From Anthoceros angustus (lineage: Eukaryota > Plantae > Anthocerotophyta), in assembly GCA_010909165.1 (NCBI GenBank), contig MU008190.1:345166-409165 (forward strand): DNA of 64,000 nucleotides, in the 5' to 3' direction. The notes below the pieces were generated by a model. It was not told where the DNA came from. It saw nothing but the letters and a program-made list of their open reading frames with translations, and searched no databases. Both the position numbers and the translations under genes were made by a program. Positions 1-12,368 of this stretch are shown here, piece after piece (position 1 is the stretch's first letter; the number at the start of each line of letters is the position of its first letter).

Positions 1-1260
1 GCGGCAACCAGTTCATGCCGACGTATGACCTTAAGCATGTATTAGAACGGACGCGGGGCGAGCCGAACATCGAGGCCGTGAGGCCGAGACCGTTTTAGGG
101 TCAGGCGCCCGACGCAAGGGCCCGCTCGGCAGGGAGCGGCCGAGTCCGGGCCGAGACGCTAACTCGATCGGCATCGAAGTGAGCCGAGGTCCGTGATCTT
201 GTTTAGACCGGGTGCCTACACCACCCGCTTTATATGTCATTTCTCTTACAAGCATTTTCTTTGGCAACCCGCACAGTAGCCGATGCATGTTTGTAACTGC
301 GATTTGTGGAAATGCCTGGTCTATCACAACGAAGCCCAAGCCCGCGCAAATCAAGTGCGTGAAGCTTGTCTCAAACCCTAGACTGGTACTATATGTGCGT
401 AATGACCTGCTGCTTGATAGGTGCAACGGACTCCTTACGTATTATGGTCAGCAATGATGAGCATTTCCGATCCCAAATTACCACTCATGCGCTAATCTAA
501 TTTGGTGCACCAGCCCAGAACGATTCGCTCCGGCCGGGCGATGTGCCATCTACTGTAGATGTCGATTCATCACAGCAGGCACCGAGGTGGAAGAAGTCGC
601 GCTTCCAGATGTCATACTTGTCAGATATTTGTGTTGAAAATTTATTGTGGTGCTTGTCCATACTGTTGAGACGCGATGCAAGAGCATTTGTCAGAGATGC
701 CAAACAGCTTTTCGCATAGTCGAGCCCGAACGACCAAACCTCTTGAGCTTCGTGCTCCATCATTCCCTATTCCTTGCATTCTTATCTCCCCTCCTTCAAT
801 TTCTCACATACCTATGGTCCTCGGCAGTGAATCGTGGCCCAGCTCCATAACGTGTGTACAAGATTCTGCTGTCCACAGTCCAGGTGACTGATGGGCAGAC
901 ATCTCCAGGCAGGCCCACTTCCCGGCGCTAGAGAAAGGCTGCCAGCAGCGTACCCGCTAGGGTTTTACACAACAGCCATATGAGTGAAGGGCCTTTCACA
1001 ATGCAAACGACACCGAGGCCGGGACCGCGCAGTTGGTTTTGGACTTTCCTAAGTAAGGAAAACTGTAGGAAACTGTGGCTCCCGACGCGAACGGCGCCGT
1101 GAGGGCAACTGCGGCCCCAACTAAGCGTCAGCGGGAGGAGCGGGCCGGGTCCAAAGTTGGGCAAACATTTTAGTAGTTTAATTATTAATTTAGGAACTAC
1201 ATAGCCGGCCGTGTGTTTCGCCTTCCTTTTGGAAGACCTCGGCTTGTCCAAATGGCTTAG

Positions 1261-1514
1261 GCCAAATGGACAAACATTTATAAGAACCTCGTGATTAAGC
1301 ATCGTGAGCTTAGATCGGTACTTAGATGGGGTGTCTAAAGGGAGTGGATGCCCTTGCACCTTAGATGGGGTGTCTAAAGGGAGTGGATGCCCTTTAGTGT
1401 GTCTAAGGGAGTGGATGCCCTTGGTGCAAGTAGCTTAGGCACGCCATGGTACAAGTTGTTAAGTACCAAGTCCCATGACTGAAATCCGTCCTTAGTGGAC
1501 TTAAATAAAATTCT
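1261..1514. repeat. Local direct repeat, copy 1 (copy 2 at 20488-20674)
   Basis: GCCAAATGGACA...ATTTATAAGAAC...GGTACAAGTTGTTAAGTACCAAGTCC...TAAAATTCT occurs in both places. Copy 1 has an extra internal ~39-bp tandem at 1321-1420. Confidence 0.85.
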
Positions 1515-1670
1515 AAATTCTTGTCTAGTAAAGTCTTTGTACATATTGATTGCCTTCCATGATTGAGTAGTAGTGTTGGCTAGCTGTAAAAATTAGGTGG
1601 CCAAGTGTGGGGCCCACTGACTCCCTCGTGTAGAGCGGGCATGACCATGTAGTCCATACCCTCACAATCT

Positions 1671-2390
1671 GCGATATGATATGTATATACGTTTGTATGC
1701 CACCGGCAACCCGGGTCCCACCAGACCCAACAAGGGCAACCTAGGTCACGCCAAACCTAACAAGGGTTACCGCGTCCAAACATAGGGTGTAAAAGTGTAA
1801 AACATGTTTAACAGTCCGACACACAAAATGCCATATGATATGATATGTACTCATGCCTCACCGACCCACGCCTGCACCCAACAAAGGCAACCGCGGTCAC
1901 GCCTGCACTAACAAGGGCAACCCGGGTCACGCCAAACCCAACAAGGGTTACCGCGTCTAGACATCGGGTGTAAAAGTGTAAAACATGCCATATGATATGT
2001 ATATACCTCTGTATGCCACCGCAACCCGGGTCACGCCAGATCCAACAAGGGCAACCCGGGTCACGCCAAACCCAACAAGGGTTACCGCGTGTAGACATAG
2101 GGTGTAAAAGTGTAAAACATGCCATATGATATGTATATACCTCTGTATGCCACCGGCAACACGGGTCACGCCAGACCCAATAAGGGCAACTCGTAAAACA
2201 TGTTTAACAGCAAGATGGTATACAAGTGTAAAACATGTTTAACAGCAAGACGGTGTAAAAGTGTATAACATGTTCAACAGTAAGACGGTGTAAAAGTGTA
2301 AAACATGTTTAACAGCAAAGCGGTGTAAAAGTGTAAAACATGTTTAACAGCAAAGCGGTGTAAAAGTGTAAAACATGTTTAACAGCAAGA
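1671..2390. repeat. Subterminal tandem arrays of the MULE (~135-bp units, then ~33-bp GTAAAAGTGTAAAACATGTTTAACAGCAA units)
   Basis: Directly visible head-to-tail units without unique spacers. Confidence 0.85.
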
Positions 2391-2469
2391 CCCACAATTC
2401 CAATCAAGATAAGTGTAATAATATACTGAAGTTAAACGTTTCTCGCAGCAGCGCAGGAGCGATCATCAA

Positions 2470-3300
2470 ATGATGATGACGGTGACATCACAAGCAACCC
2501 GTTAAGAGAAGATCATTTGGAGGAAGATCCAACTACAAGTACTACTGGAAGAGTGGTGGTGCTCCTTCCTGTGGAGATAGATGTTCCTTCCTGTGGAGAG
2601 TGGTAGTGTTCCTTCCTGTGGAGAGTGGTGGTGTTCCTTCCGTGAGAGTGGTGGTGCTCCTTCCGTGGAGATAGATGTTCCTTCTGGAGAGTGGTAGTGT
2701 TCCTTCGTGGAGAGTGGTGGTGTTCCTTCCGTGGAGAGTGGTGGTGCTCCTTCCTGTGGAGAGTTGTGTTCCTTCCCGTAGTACCTATCTTGGGAGTGGT
2801 TTGTCGAGGTGCTCTTCGCCGGCGATCTATATATTCAATCTTGATGTATGTGAGCTCCACTATATTCAAATATCATATATCCATCACAAAGCTTCTATGC
2901 TATGTCATCGAGGGCAATGATCTTGGCTAGGGCTCCTCTATCCTCAAGATGTTAAGCCTTATATATCAAGGGAGCATATGAACTTATTATTTAAAGACTG
3001 GAGCCAGGATGCTGTGTTGACGAGAACTAGGGGTTGAAACCCTCGGTGGAATATGTGCCGTACGTTGGCCAGATAAATTGAAGATCCAGAAGGCATAGAA
3101 CCTTTTGAGGATAAAGTGAAGATTGACAAGGCATGGTACATCTTGGGTGACATGCAGTTCTTAAGCTATATGGAATGAGCCAATGGTTGGGAAGATATTT
3201 TCACATTCGAATCGAGGTGAAGATAAGGGATGTTATCCAATTACAAGCTCATTATATTGGCGCTTTGAGTGCAGTGCTACGTGATTACATGTCGAGTTAA
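2470..3300 (+). pseudogene. Degraded second ORF of the MULE, convergent with the transposase, containing a 24-bp (VESGGVPS-like) coding repeat
   Basis: 24-bp repeat GTGGAGAGTGGTGGTGTTCCTTCC at ~2545-2780. Frameshifted protein-like text follows (…YVIEGNDLG…DKVKIDKAWYILGDMQFL…HYIGALSAVLRDYMSS*) ending in TAA at 3300. Confidence 0.45.
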
Positions 3301-3328
3301 TCTTATATATATTGGCTACTTGGAGGCT

Positions 3329-3520
3329 AGGCCCTAGATGTTGCGGTGAGTGTTATGCCTAGGTGTTGCGGTGATCTGGGCCCTAGATGTTATGATTCGA
3401 TGTTATGCCCTAGATGTTGCGTTGAGTGTTATGCCCTAGGTGTTGCGGTGAATATAGGCCCTAGATGTTGCGTTGAATGCTATGCCCTAGGTGTTGCGTT
3501 GCTAGGCCCTAGATGTTTTT
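3329..3520. repeat. Tandem ~26-bp repeat GCCCTAGATGTTGCG(G/T)TGAGTGTTAT
   Basis: About 8 visible units, lying between the two convergent MULE genes. Confidence 0.8.
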
Positions 3521-3595
3521 GCGATTGATTGATGGTTCGGTTGATTGTGTGATTGTTGTGAGCTCTATTACATGTTCGTGAGTCCATTTTCATCT

Positions 3596-6500
3596 GATTC
3601 TTTGCTATCCTTTTCGGTTGGGCTTCTTGCTAGGATCTCGCCCGCTTTTGAGTCTTGATTCTGGTGTGGGCGTTAGTTTGGTGGTTGGCGGTGGTCCTGG
3701 GTTGCACCCCTCTTGGGCAGGGCCCTTTGGCGGCCTTTTGGGGTTCGCCATACGACTCAAACTCTGTGTCCGGTCCAGTGGGGTCATTTTGCCCTCGGTC
3801 CCCGGTACCTCTTCGGCCCTGTTACCCTTCAACTGGCGTTTGCAGGCCCTTTTCGTCCCCCATCCAATGGGGCGATCCACACCCTCCGTGACTGTCAAGG
3901 ACACTCCTTGTCCAGTCTGTGCTCAACTCTACTGCGGTGTCAAGGGGGTGAAAACTCACCTCGGGCACATGCATAAAGATTTCGACCAGACTACCTGGGC
4001 TGCCCAAGTGCACGCTGCGACCTCCTCCACGTCCGCTGCCCCGGCTTTGGCGCACAGTAGCTTTCTCCTTGTGGTGCCTCTTTCTTCCTGGGAATGGTTG
4101 CGGAGTCAGCTGGATCACATCCTTGGGATGTTCAAACCCGCTTCCATGTCGCGTATCTTCCGAGCTTCCTCGGCACCTTCACGATGATGCCGTCATTTCG
4201 TCTTCCCTAGATCGCCTTGCACTCGATCCCGGGATGAGTTAGCTTGGTGTCTCCTCCTTCTTCTCCCGATGGTGTCTTGGTGCACTAGGGGAGCTTCCAA
4301 GAAGTTGCTAGCCGTCTTGGCGTTGGTAGGCGGCTCTTGAGGAGGAGGCGTGCGCCAAGTCCGGGCGGAATCTCGGCCGGTTGGAGCAGTCGGGTAATGC
4401 AACAAACCTACGCCGCAAGTTGCTTGGCGGTGGTGAATATGCCATGCTAGGGCTCTTGACCCGTCCTGGCCTCCGCTTAAGAGACAATTCGCCCTCCGTG
4501 CCTCCATCCGCCACCTAAGGATGCCATTCCCATATCCGACTATGTCCCGAGGATCCTTCTCCCGACCGGCGGCTTTTGCTCGCTCTCCACAACCCTCGCC
4601 TTTCATCTGCCGGTTTGTCGGGAATGGTGTTCGAACACCTTAGGGACCTCTTTCTCCCAAGATCCATCTAGCGGCTTTCGAGCTCTTTTCTCCGGGCTGC
4701 GGTGGCTCGTGGAGAGATGCCTCACCGGATTTCTATTCAGCCTAGTAGGCTTGTCGCTATGGACAAGCTCCTGCTCGGCGCCCACTCGTTGGGGAGGCCT
4801 TCATGCGGCTACTCACCGCACTATCGCCCTGCAGTGCCGCTCCCTTCTCCAGCAGCACTTCAACCCCTTCAATTTGGCATTGCCACTCGGCTGCAGTGCA
4901 GTGCTAGGGGTGAAAGCTTGCCTTGATACCCACCCGGATTGGGTAGTCTTCTGGATGTCGAGACGCCTTCAATACCATTTCCGGGCGTCATCTTTGAGGA
5001 GCTTAGGGATCTTGGCGGCGTCTAGGGAGTCTTATACCCTTTGTCCGGTGCTTCTACGGAGGTCCTCCAACCTCTACTACCCGGCCTGAAACGTCTCTTG
5101 AGTTTCGCGTCTCGTCTTGGAATCGGCCACAGTACGAGCAAGGCGACCCGCTAGGCGGTGCTCTCTTCGCTATTGCTCACTATAGGGCCTGTCTAGGGCC
5201 GCCTCTCCATGTGTGTCTTCCCTTCGTTGGGATTCTCACATCCTCGGGCACAGGGACAAAGTCAAGGAGGCCTTTGAGATATTCTCTTCGAGCTTTCGTT
5301 GGTGGGCTTGAAGGTCAAGATGTCCAAGTGCAGCGTCTGGTCTCGTCGGGGATCACCTACTCTCTGTTTCTGCGGGAGATTGCTCGGCTCTTGTGCAGTT
5401 CTTGGGGTCCCCTTTGGTTCCCACTTCATTGGGAGCTTCTGGACAAGGCCCTTGCAGAGGACCTCTCCCATATTGAAGACCTCCCTTTCTTTGGAGGATG
5501 CTCGGGTGGCCTTTGGAATCCTTTCCTTCTGGCGCCACAGGTACCTCCGTCTGCCTCGTCTCGGTCCTTTTGTCCGGCTCGGGGTTTGATCTGAAGATTA
5601 TGGATACTCTTGGGGACATCTTGGGCTCGGGGCTTTTGAGTGCCACAGGGGCGACTGGCCGGGCATCCACACTGTGCAATTTGGGCGTGGGGTGCTCTCA
5701 TGAGGTCTCTTCCCGGCTTTCTTGGGAGTTGGGCCCTCTGCCTGCCTTGGCTTCCGTTTCATCCTCCATGACAAGCCCTTTCTCGAGGATCTCGTATCAA
5801 GTGTGGAGGAGGAACCTTCTCTCTCAATCGCCCTTGAGGCGCGGAGACATGTTATCGGCGGATGCTCGGAAGGACTTCCTCCTTTCTCTACATTTATCAT
5901 GGCTTTAGGGATTGCGAGGCATCTGCTCGAGAAGCTCGGCCGAGCTTTTGATCATCCTCCGGGACCCCTCCATCTCGAGTCCACTAGGCGGCTCGCTCTT
6001 GTTACAGGAAGGAGGCGGGTGTAGCTCTTGGCCCGCCCATGCATCAGGGATTTCACATCGCGCAACCACCTTCACTCTGCGATGCGATTCCGTCTCGGCC
6101 TACTCCTGTGGCTTCTTCGCTCCTCACTTGTGAGTGCGGCTCTGCTCTTAGCGTCTCGGTGTCCACCTTGCTCGTTGTCCCCCAGTCGCCGCATTGCTCA
6201 TGGCGCCATCCGTGGCGTCATGTTTGCCATTGCTCGCGAAAGTGGCTATATGGCTGGAGGAGGCGGGAGTATACTCTTCTTACGGTCGTTCAATCGGTGG
6301 ACTTATACCTTGTCGTGGCGACGGTTGTGGTGGCGGATGTGGTAGTTCTGACCACGTGGCGCCACCTCAGTCATCACTGGCCGTCGGTGGCTGCTGCCCG
6401 GCGGCTCTCAAGGTCCATAAGTATAGCGGGATGCAAGCGGGCCACCTCTTTATCCACTTGCTCTAAAGCGTATGGGGCAATGGGCGGGGACTTTGACAAA

Positions 6501-6815
6501 TTCATCAAGTCTTGTGCCAAAGCTTACCATGCGAGGCATAGTCTTTGTCCCTCTCGTACTTCACGGCATACTTCCGGCGGGTTTCTATTGCTCTTGAGGC
6601 GCTCTCAGCGATTCTCCATAAGGCGGCGGCGGTGGGTGATGCCTTTTCCTCTTCCTCTGTGGTTTGCGGGCCGTTTATTCTACACGCATATGACATTGTG
6701 GTGCGATTGGTCACTTTAGGTAGGGAGCTCGGTTGCTCCTCTTCACTCCACCCGGGTCCCCATTTGTTGTCCCTTCCTAGATGGTCTCTTTCCATCGTTC
6801 TTTCACCTCAATAAA
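3596..6815 (+). mobile_element. CRE-clade non-LTR retrotransposon (C2H2 - RT - restriction-like endonuclease), frameshifted
   Basis: C2H2 CPVC…HLGHMH (~3907-3975). RT motifs SRLVAMDK/RPL.GE, QFGIA, AFNTISR, QGDPLGGALFAIAH (~5138-5180), LGVPFG. C-terminal CECG…H…C…HGAIR, VVADVVV, K..KY, PLAL..YG of REL type. Ends in CAATAAA; candidate TSD TCATCT at 3590-3595 and 6816-6821. Confidence 0.8.
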
Positions 6816-7030
6816 TCATCTCCTTATAATATACAAATCTTAATTGTATATGCTTGATGTTTATCAATGAGTATGTCTTGTGAACGACATGGTGCTGCAA
6901 GAATGTATTTGTGACCATCGATGTGCCGTGATGACAGGTTTGATCTGGTTCACTTGTCCTCAAAATTGACCATATCAAGGTTTATGTCTAACACAAACAC
7001 TAAGGCCCTAAAGATGTCTTCCAATGTACT

Positions 7031-7112
7031 CTACGCATTCTCCTTGCTTCCTCCTACATTCCAAGTTACCTTCTTCTTCTTCTTCTTTGGAGGAGAAGAA
7101 GGTTTAAACCTG
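7031..7112 (-). pseudogene. Displaced 3' end of the MULE transposase ORF
   Basis: Removing 7113-17284 plus one TG copy gives an in-frame read …QAFQPEGGPSNKARN|RFKPSSPPKKKKKVTWNVGGSKENA*, with an NLS-like tract. Confidence 0.7.
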
Positions 7113-7214
7113 ACATAATATTTGAAGCCGAATATACCATGGCGAAAACCAGCTCAAAAACACCGGTGAGCACCAAATTCCACATAGAGTTGTTTTACAT
7201 TTTTGAGTGATGGT

Positions 7215-10200
7215 TCATGATATCCCTACCCTAAAAAGGCAGTCTGGTGGCGACCACCATATGCTATCCATCACCAATTCAATGCTTTTGAGGCAGGCGT
7301 GCTCGGGGTCTTGGTTGTCGTTCTCCATCATGGCATTTTCGGCATCCAAAGGATCAATAGGATTGCTTTCGGTGTTGTAGTCGGATGCCACCCTGCGCTC
7401 AAAGTTCTCATCCATCATCCAAGATTTCCCCGTTTCTCCTTCATTATTTGAACCCCAAAGGTACAACTGCGCTTGGGAGACACCCTTCTCGGACAAGCTC
7501 AATTCCTTTGCCCAAAACTGGGCTGGTCCTCGTCGATGTGGCTCGTGATTCAACTCCTCCTCAGCGTCCGGGAGTACTTCATATCCATGAATCCGTTGTG
7601 GGATGAATTCCGCGCAACGCTTGTCCAAATCCACTGCAATGCAATTTCGACCACAAAGCAACGCTGCCAGTGTCGTCGTTCCGCTCCCTGCACACGCATC
7701 TACAATCCCCTCTTTCGAGAAGTTTTTGATCAGCTTGAGCATCAACGGTGGCCTCGATACGCACACACTAGCTTGTCCAATGACATATAGCGACTTCTTC
7801 GACGATGTGTGCCCAATGACGACCATTGTTGAAAGAGCCATGGGCGTTGTTAGGCAACATTGAAACCACCTTAATTTCTTGGTAGTGGTAACCCCCACTG
7901 TGATGTACTCCACAGTATCATATCCACCCTGATCATTATGCATATTGGTTTTGTCCCACACAAAGGAGACCATTCCTCCACCAATGCACCACTGCATTGC
8001 CTCCCTTACAATATGCACTCTTCCACACCATGCATAACTATCATTCGATTTCTTGCGACTTGTCATATCATGGAAAGAGTGAAACAACATGCCAATTTGT
8101 GTCGATCCATCTTCACATCATGCTTTCCTTTGTGGAATCCTCTTGGCACATCCATAACCAGCAATGTATACTTCCTCTTCCTTAGAAATCCTCGCATGTC
8201 CAACACATCTCTTGCAACCACTTGGTATTTAACAATAAACCCCGTCGTTGGCACAGAAATGCCTGTAGGCCTTCCTCCATGTCCATGTCAGCCAGGGCCC
8301 TCTGTTCGTTCTCCAGACCTTTCCATGTGTGCACTTCAAGTATGAAAGCCGGGAAGTCTTCTGGCAGTTTCTTCAGATCTTCTACATCTTTCACTTGCTA
8401 CACACAACACAGGTTAGGTGGTTAGTGCACAACAAGCTTGTCCGAAAAAATGCAGCGGGGAGGCGCGGCATCGGCCTCCCCACCCTACTTCCTTCTAAAG
8501 CCTCAATTCCAACATGAGGAATGGAGGCGCCATGCCGCCCCACTCCTACTTGTAGTAAAGAGATATACCTTCCCATCGAACTGTTTGAAACCTTGCAATG
8601 ACATCGTCCAAGAGTGCATAGGGTATTCCGCCTCACCATGTCGAAGAGTCGCATCCTAAATGCTTTGCCATAGCCACTTGTATGACATGAAGTTTCTTCC
8701 ATGAGTGAGCTCCTTGACATACCATTGAGGTCAAGCAAACTGTCAAAACCTTTTCCTGCTTGATGAGCATTTTTGTCGTCACTGGTGGAATTCCTTGAAA
8801 GCTGCCATGGTTTCCCTGCATCTCTTCGGCTTCACAAAAACTTTCAACCGTCTTCACCTCCTCTCCAACTTTGCGTTTGCCCTTGCTCTTCTTCTGCCTG
8901 CAACATGTTTGGCTTGTTAAGCTCCATCGCCTCCCACTTTGAAAAGATATTGTCGACATTTCTCCAAACCTTTCCCTCCGGTTTCGCAATGCATAGGATA
9001 TGTGTCCTGTTGTCCACTTTGTTACGCTTATCTTGTTCATCTTCGGCCTTCTCATCCTCGATCACTAACACCTTGTACAAATTGAACTTCCGGTTCATGC
9101 TCATTGTCACTCCGTCACGCTTTGCTATCTGATTCATCTCAGGTATCGACGCTCGATAAAGTTCATCTTCTTCCTTTGTCCGACATTGTGTTGTGTGGTG
9201 GTTGCCAATACTCGCATCTCTGAAGAGTAAGCCCACAGTAAACATGGGCCTCCATCCATTGGAACCTTGCTTTCCCTGGAGAAATGTCACCAAGTTGCTT
9301 CATAGCGGCGTATGTGTGATTGCCTCCCAGCACTCCCATAATATATTTTTTTGCCCTGAACTTCGTCCAATCAAGTTTTTTCGATATCCCTGCAGTCGGA
9401 TGGGTCAATCATACAAAGTAGTGGCAGGACACCTTCTTCAATCCGACCTTTCGAGATGACTCGAGCTAAGTAGTTGGTCCATGCCTCATCTACTTGCCGA
9501 ATCTGAGCATCTGGAGTGAGGAAGCAAGCGGCCTCAAATTCTCCAGCTTCACAAGAAGCATCTCGAGCACTACCTTCGCATAGGCGATTCCCGCTTTTTG
9601 CAAGTAATCCTCGTCCATCATTGAGGCCTCCGGTCTTTCTCCATCGTTAACACATGCAATGTTGGAATATCACCTCGAAGCCACAGCAGCGCCTACTTTT
9701 TCTGCTTGAACCCTCGGTAGTGTCCATGCTTTTGAGATCTGCTATTTCCACCCCAGCCCTGGTTACTCTTCAACCACGATGCCACTTGTTCATAAGAATG
9801 GAGTGCCTTCAGGCGCCGGCATGCCGGCGCCCTCCTCATCGACATGTGCACCTTCACGGGCGGCGGCATGCCGGCGCCCTCCTCATCAACCACGCACCTT
9901 CACGGGCGGCATGCCGGCGCCCTCCTCATCGACATGTGCACCTTCACGGGCGGCATGCCGGCGCCCTCCTCATCAACACAGTACCCGGTCAGGCGCAGGC
10001 ATGCGCGCCGCCTCAACAATAGGACGGTTGCTTATCGGCCGCACTCATCGCAATCATGCTGCGAAAATTGTCCGTCCCAGTCTTCTCTTTCTTGGATGGA
10101 GGCTTGGGGTTCAGGCTACATTGTCAAATCTGGCGGGAATAGGGACTCGCCCATGGTGCTTTCTGTCGCGTCCTTGGGAATGCTCCGGAGGGGCTGCCAT

Positions 10201-10433
10201 AATCCGCCCTCCCTCCTCTGCCCCACTTTGCTTGTAACATATAGCATGGCCTGAATACTTTCCCTCTCCTCCTCGCCCTTCTCGCGGTCCTCCTCCTCTT
10301 GGATGCCTCCACATCGGGTGGGGATTTCGAGGATAGGCCCATCCTCCTCATCGGAAGGTCCGAACTCTACCTCGTCATCCTCAAAATCCAAAGCAAAGTC
10401 TGGAGGTCCCTGTCGTGTTCTCCGCAATGACAT
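7215..10433 (-). CDS. ParB/Srx-like domain fused to a beta-class N6-adenine/N4-cytosine DNA methyltransferase (frameshifted in this assembly)
   Basis: ParB-like: QIRQVDEAWTNYLARVISKG…PLLCMID…VLGGNHTYAAMKQL…AHVYCGLT…IGNHH (~9190-9510). MTase motif IV region LLVMDVPRG (8141-8152) precedes motif X/I RPPLMLKLIKNFSKEGIVDACAGSGTTTLAALLCGRNCIAVDLD (~7620-7755), the order seen in the PF01555 family. Acidic N-terminus from ATG 10433. Confidence 0.8.
9812..9976. repeat. Four ~42-45-bp tandem units (GGCATGCCGGCGCCCTCCTCATC…) coding DEEGAGMPP(P)VKVH repeats in the ParB-MTase linker
   Basis: Visible tandem units. The first contains the perfect 20-bp palindrome GGCGCCGGCATGCCGGCGCC. Confidence 0.85.
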
Positions 10434-10587
10434 TTCCCATCGGTGACTTACAATTGAGTTCGTGATGGCTTCACACAAACATCTGTAGAAAGATTTCGTA
10501 GTCTGAGCAAAACAAACATCCACAATATTAGAATGTGGCTATTGCCACCAGGCACGCAAACATTCGCAACCACATGAAAATGTATCC

Positions 10588-11143
10588 TTACATTCTGTCC
10601 TTGCAAAGCCTCCGGAAAGTATAAGACAGTTGTTTTGGCTCACACTTCTTTCTGTGCAAGCATGCTAGTTTCAACACAAAGACAATGTAATCATCTGCTG
10701 TGAGCGGCAGTGCCTCAAATTCATATGGCCGTGATGTGCAAAGAAGTCGGACTTCAGGATCTCCTTGGCCCGCATCCATAGTTGCCCACAAAACCCACCC
10801 TGCTCTTGCTCTTTGGTTTGCGAGCGCACTACCCAAAAATCCATAGCTTCAGCATGGGAGTCCACACTACATTGTCTTCATCCGGCTCTTCAGTTTGTGT
10901 CAAAATCCAATCTTGCTCCAGAAGCACCGTGTCCTCAAGCTGGTTTGTGTGCCTCCGGAGCTGCACCGTCTCCACATACGTGTAGGGGGATGGGTTTGGG
11001 TCTGGAACTCCTGGCGTCGCTGCTCTGGATATACCACGCTTCTCCACACGCCGTTGCCTTGGTCGTGCTTGCCTTTGCAGGACTGCCTGACCCCGCCTTT
11101 GTTCCTCCTCTCCCCGCTCCCCCAACAACATGCTCCTCTGCAA
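10588..11143 (-). CDS. Third ORF of the element; possible BAH-like beta-domain (frameshifted)
   Basis: Stitched frames read LLEQDWILTQTEEPDE…MDFWVVR…GFCGQLWMRAKEILKSDFF…YEFEALPLTADDYIVFV. The spacing resembles BAH domains, but this is pattern-level only. Confidence 0.35.
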
Positions 11144-12368
11144 TGATTGGCTCCCCAGCCGGCAACATCTGGGTGGATCTTCTACAACAACCGCATCCTT
11201 TTGTTTCTTCCTTTCTTACGCCTTGGGCTTCTCGGGGCACCATGTGGCGGTCCAATGTCCGGCAGTCCTTTTTGCTTGCGTCCGCCGCCATGTCTGCTAC
11301 AAGCATCATCAAATCCAGAACTTGAGGACCAAATCCACGGCTTTGGGAAGAAAGACACCTCTCCGTCGATGAGCACGTCCGAAAAGCGTTGGGGAGCTTG
11401 CGCGATGGCGTCCTCGAAATTCGATCCGCACGTTGTGCCTCAAACACCAAATGTTCCACGCGGACGAGCCTCCTCGCCGTTATGCTGTGCGTATTCACTA
11501 ACTTCGGGGCTTAGCGGGGAGGACGTGCGGCTCTCATTAAACCCTAATTGGGAACTGGACCTTAAGAAACCCGCGTTCATCACGCCCGAGTCACCCTGAT
11601 GTTCCAGCCGTCGTTTTTTAATAAATGAATCGGTCCTAATGTACCATGCGGCATAGCTTTTTTGCGGCCGTCATTAGTTCCGGCCAGAGCACATTGGCTG
11701 TAGCGTATCTGTGTAGGATTCTCCAATCACTCATTTCCTATTTTAACGACCTTCCGACTCTTTTGAGGACGGGGATGAACAAAGAGCCGAAGCTCATTGG
11801 AGTCCTGTGGAGGACGATTGGAGCCGGCGGCAGCCTTCCAGCTACAACATCGCAACCATGTTGCAGGCCACGCACTCTGAAGAGGCGGCCGAGGTAATGC
11901 TTTTTTGTTCAGCTGCTTGGTAAGCATTATCTGTCGCCTAGCTTGCGTTCAATTGGCATTCACAAGCTGAACATGTTCAGAGTCCTGTTCCGGGAGATGA
12001 AGTGCGGGAAGGAGATGATGCTTCCGAGTTCATGAGTACTTGATTCCACTTTTCGGAAGAGAGGCAAGCACGGTGGCACCACACGGAATGGGGCTGTTCA
12101 TCTTCCTTCCGCCAGAGTAGGGATTCGCATTCATTGTTGTCACATCTTTGCGAAGTTCTTTGCTAATTTGTCGGTCAATGTGGTGTCATGTGTTCTGGTC
12201 CGTAATGCTATGTTGTGCTTGGTGCAGGTCCTGGGTGGCGAAGGACTCACCAGCATTCCCGTATGCCCCAGTATGTACCCCCAACTTCAAGGAACTTGAA
12301 CATGTACTCAGCCATGCAAAAAAGTCCTGGTACGAGGAGGATCGCCCGTAGCAGACAAGAAGGAACAG

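Noticed and set aside
497-763. 88-aa minus-strand ORF
   Set aside because: No recognisable motif or exon structure.
2190-2390. 33-bp repeats (also 23975-24165) of CRISPR-like length
   Set aside because: Head-to-tail with no unique spacers, no cas genes, eukaryotic context.
7215-10433. ParB-MTase as bacterial or phage contamination
   Set aside because: It lies inside eukaryotic TIRs, nested in a MULE whose ORF rejoins in frame, and is contiguous with intron-containing plant genes.
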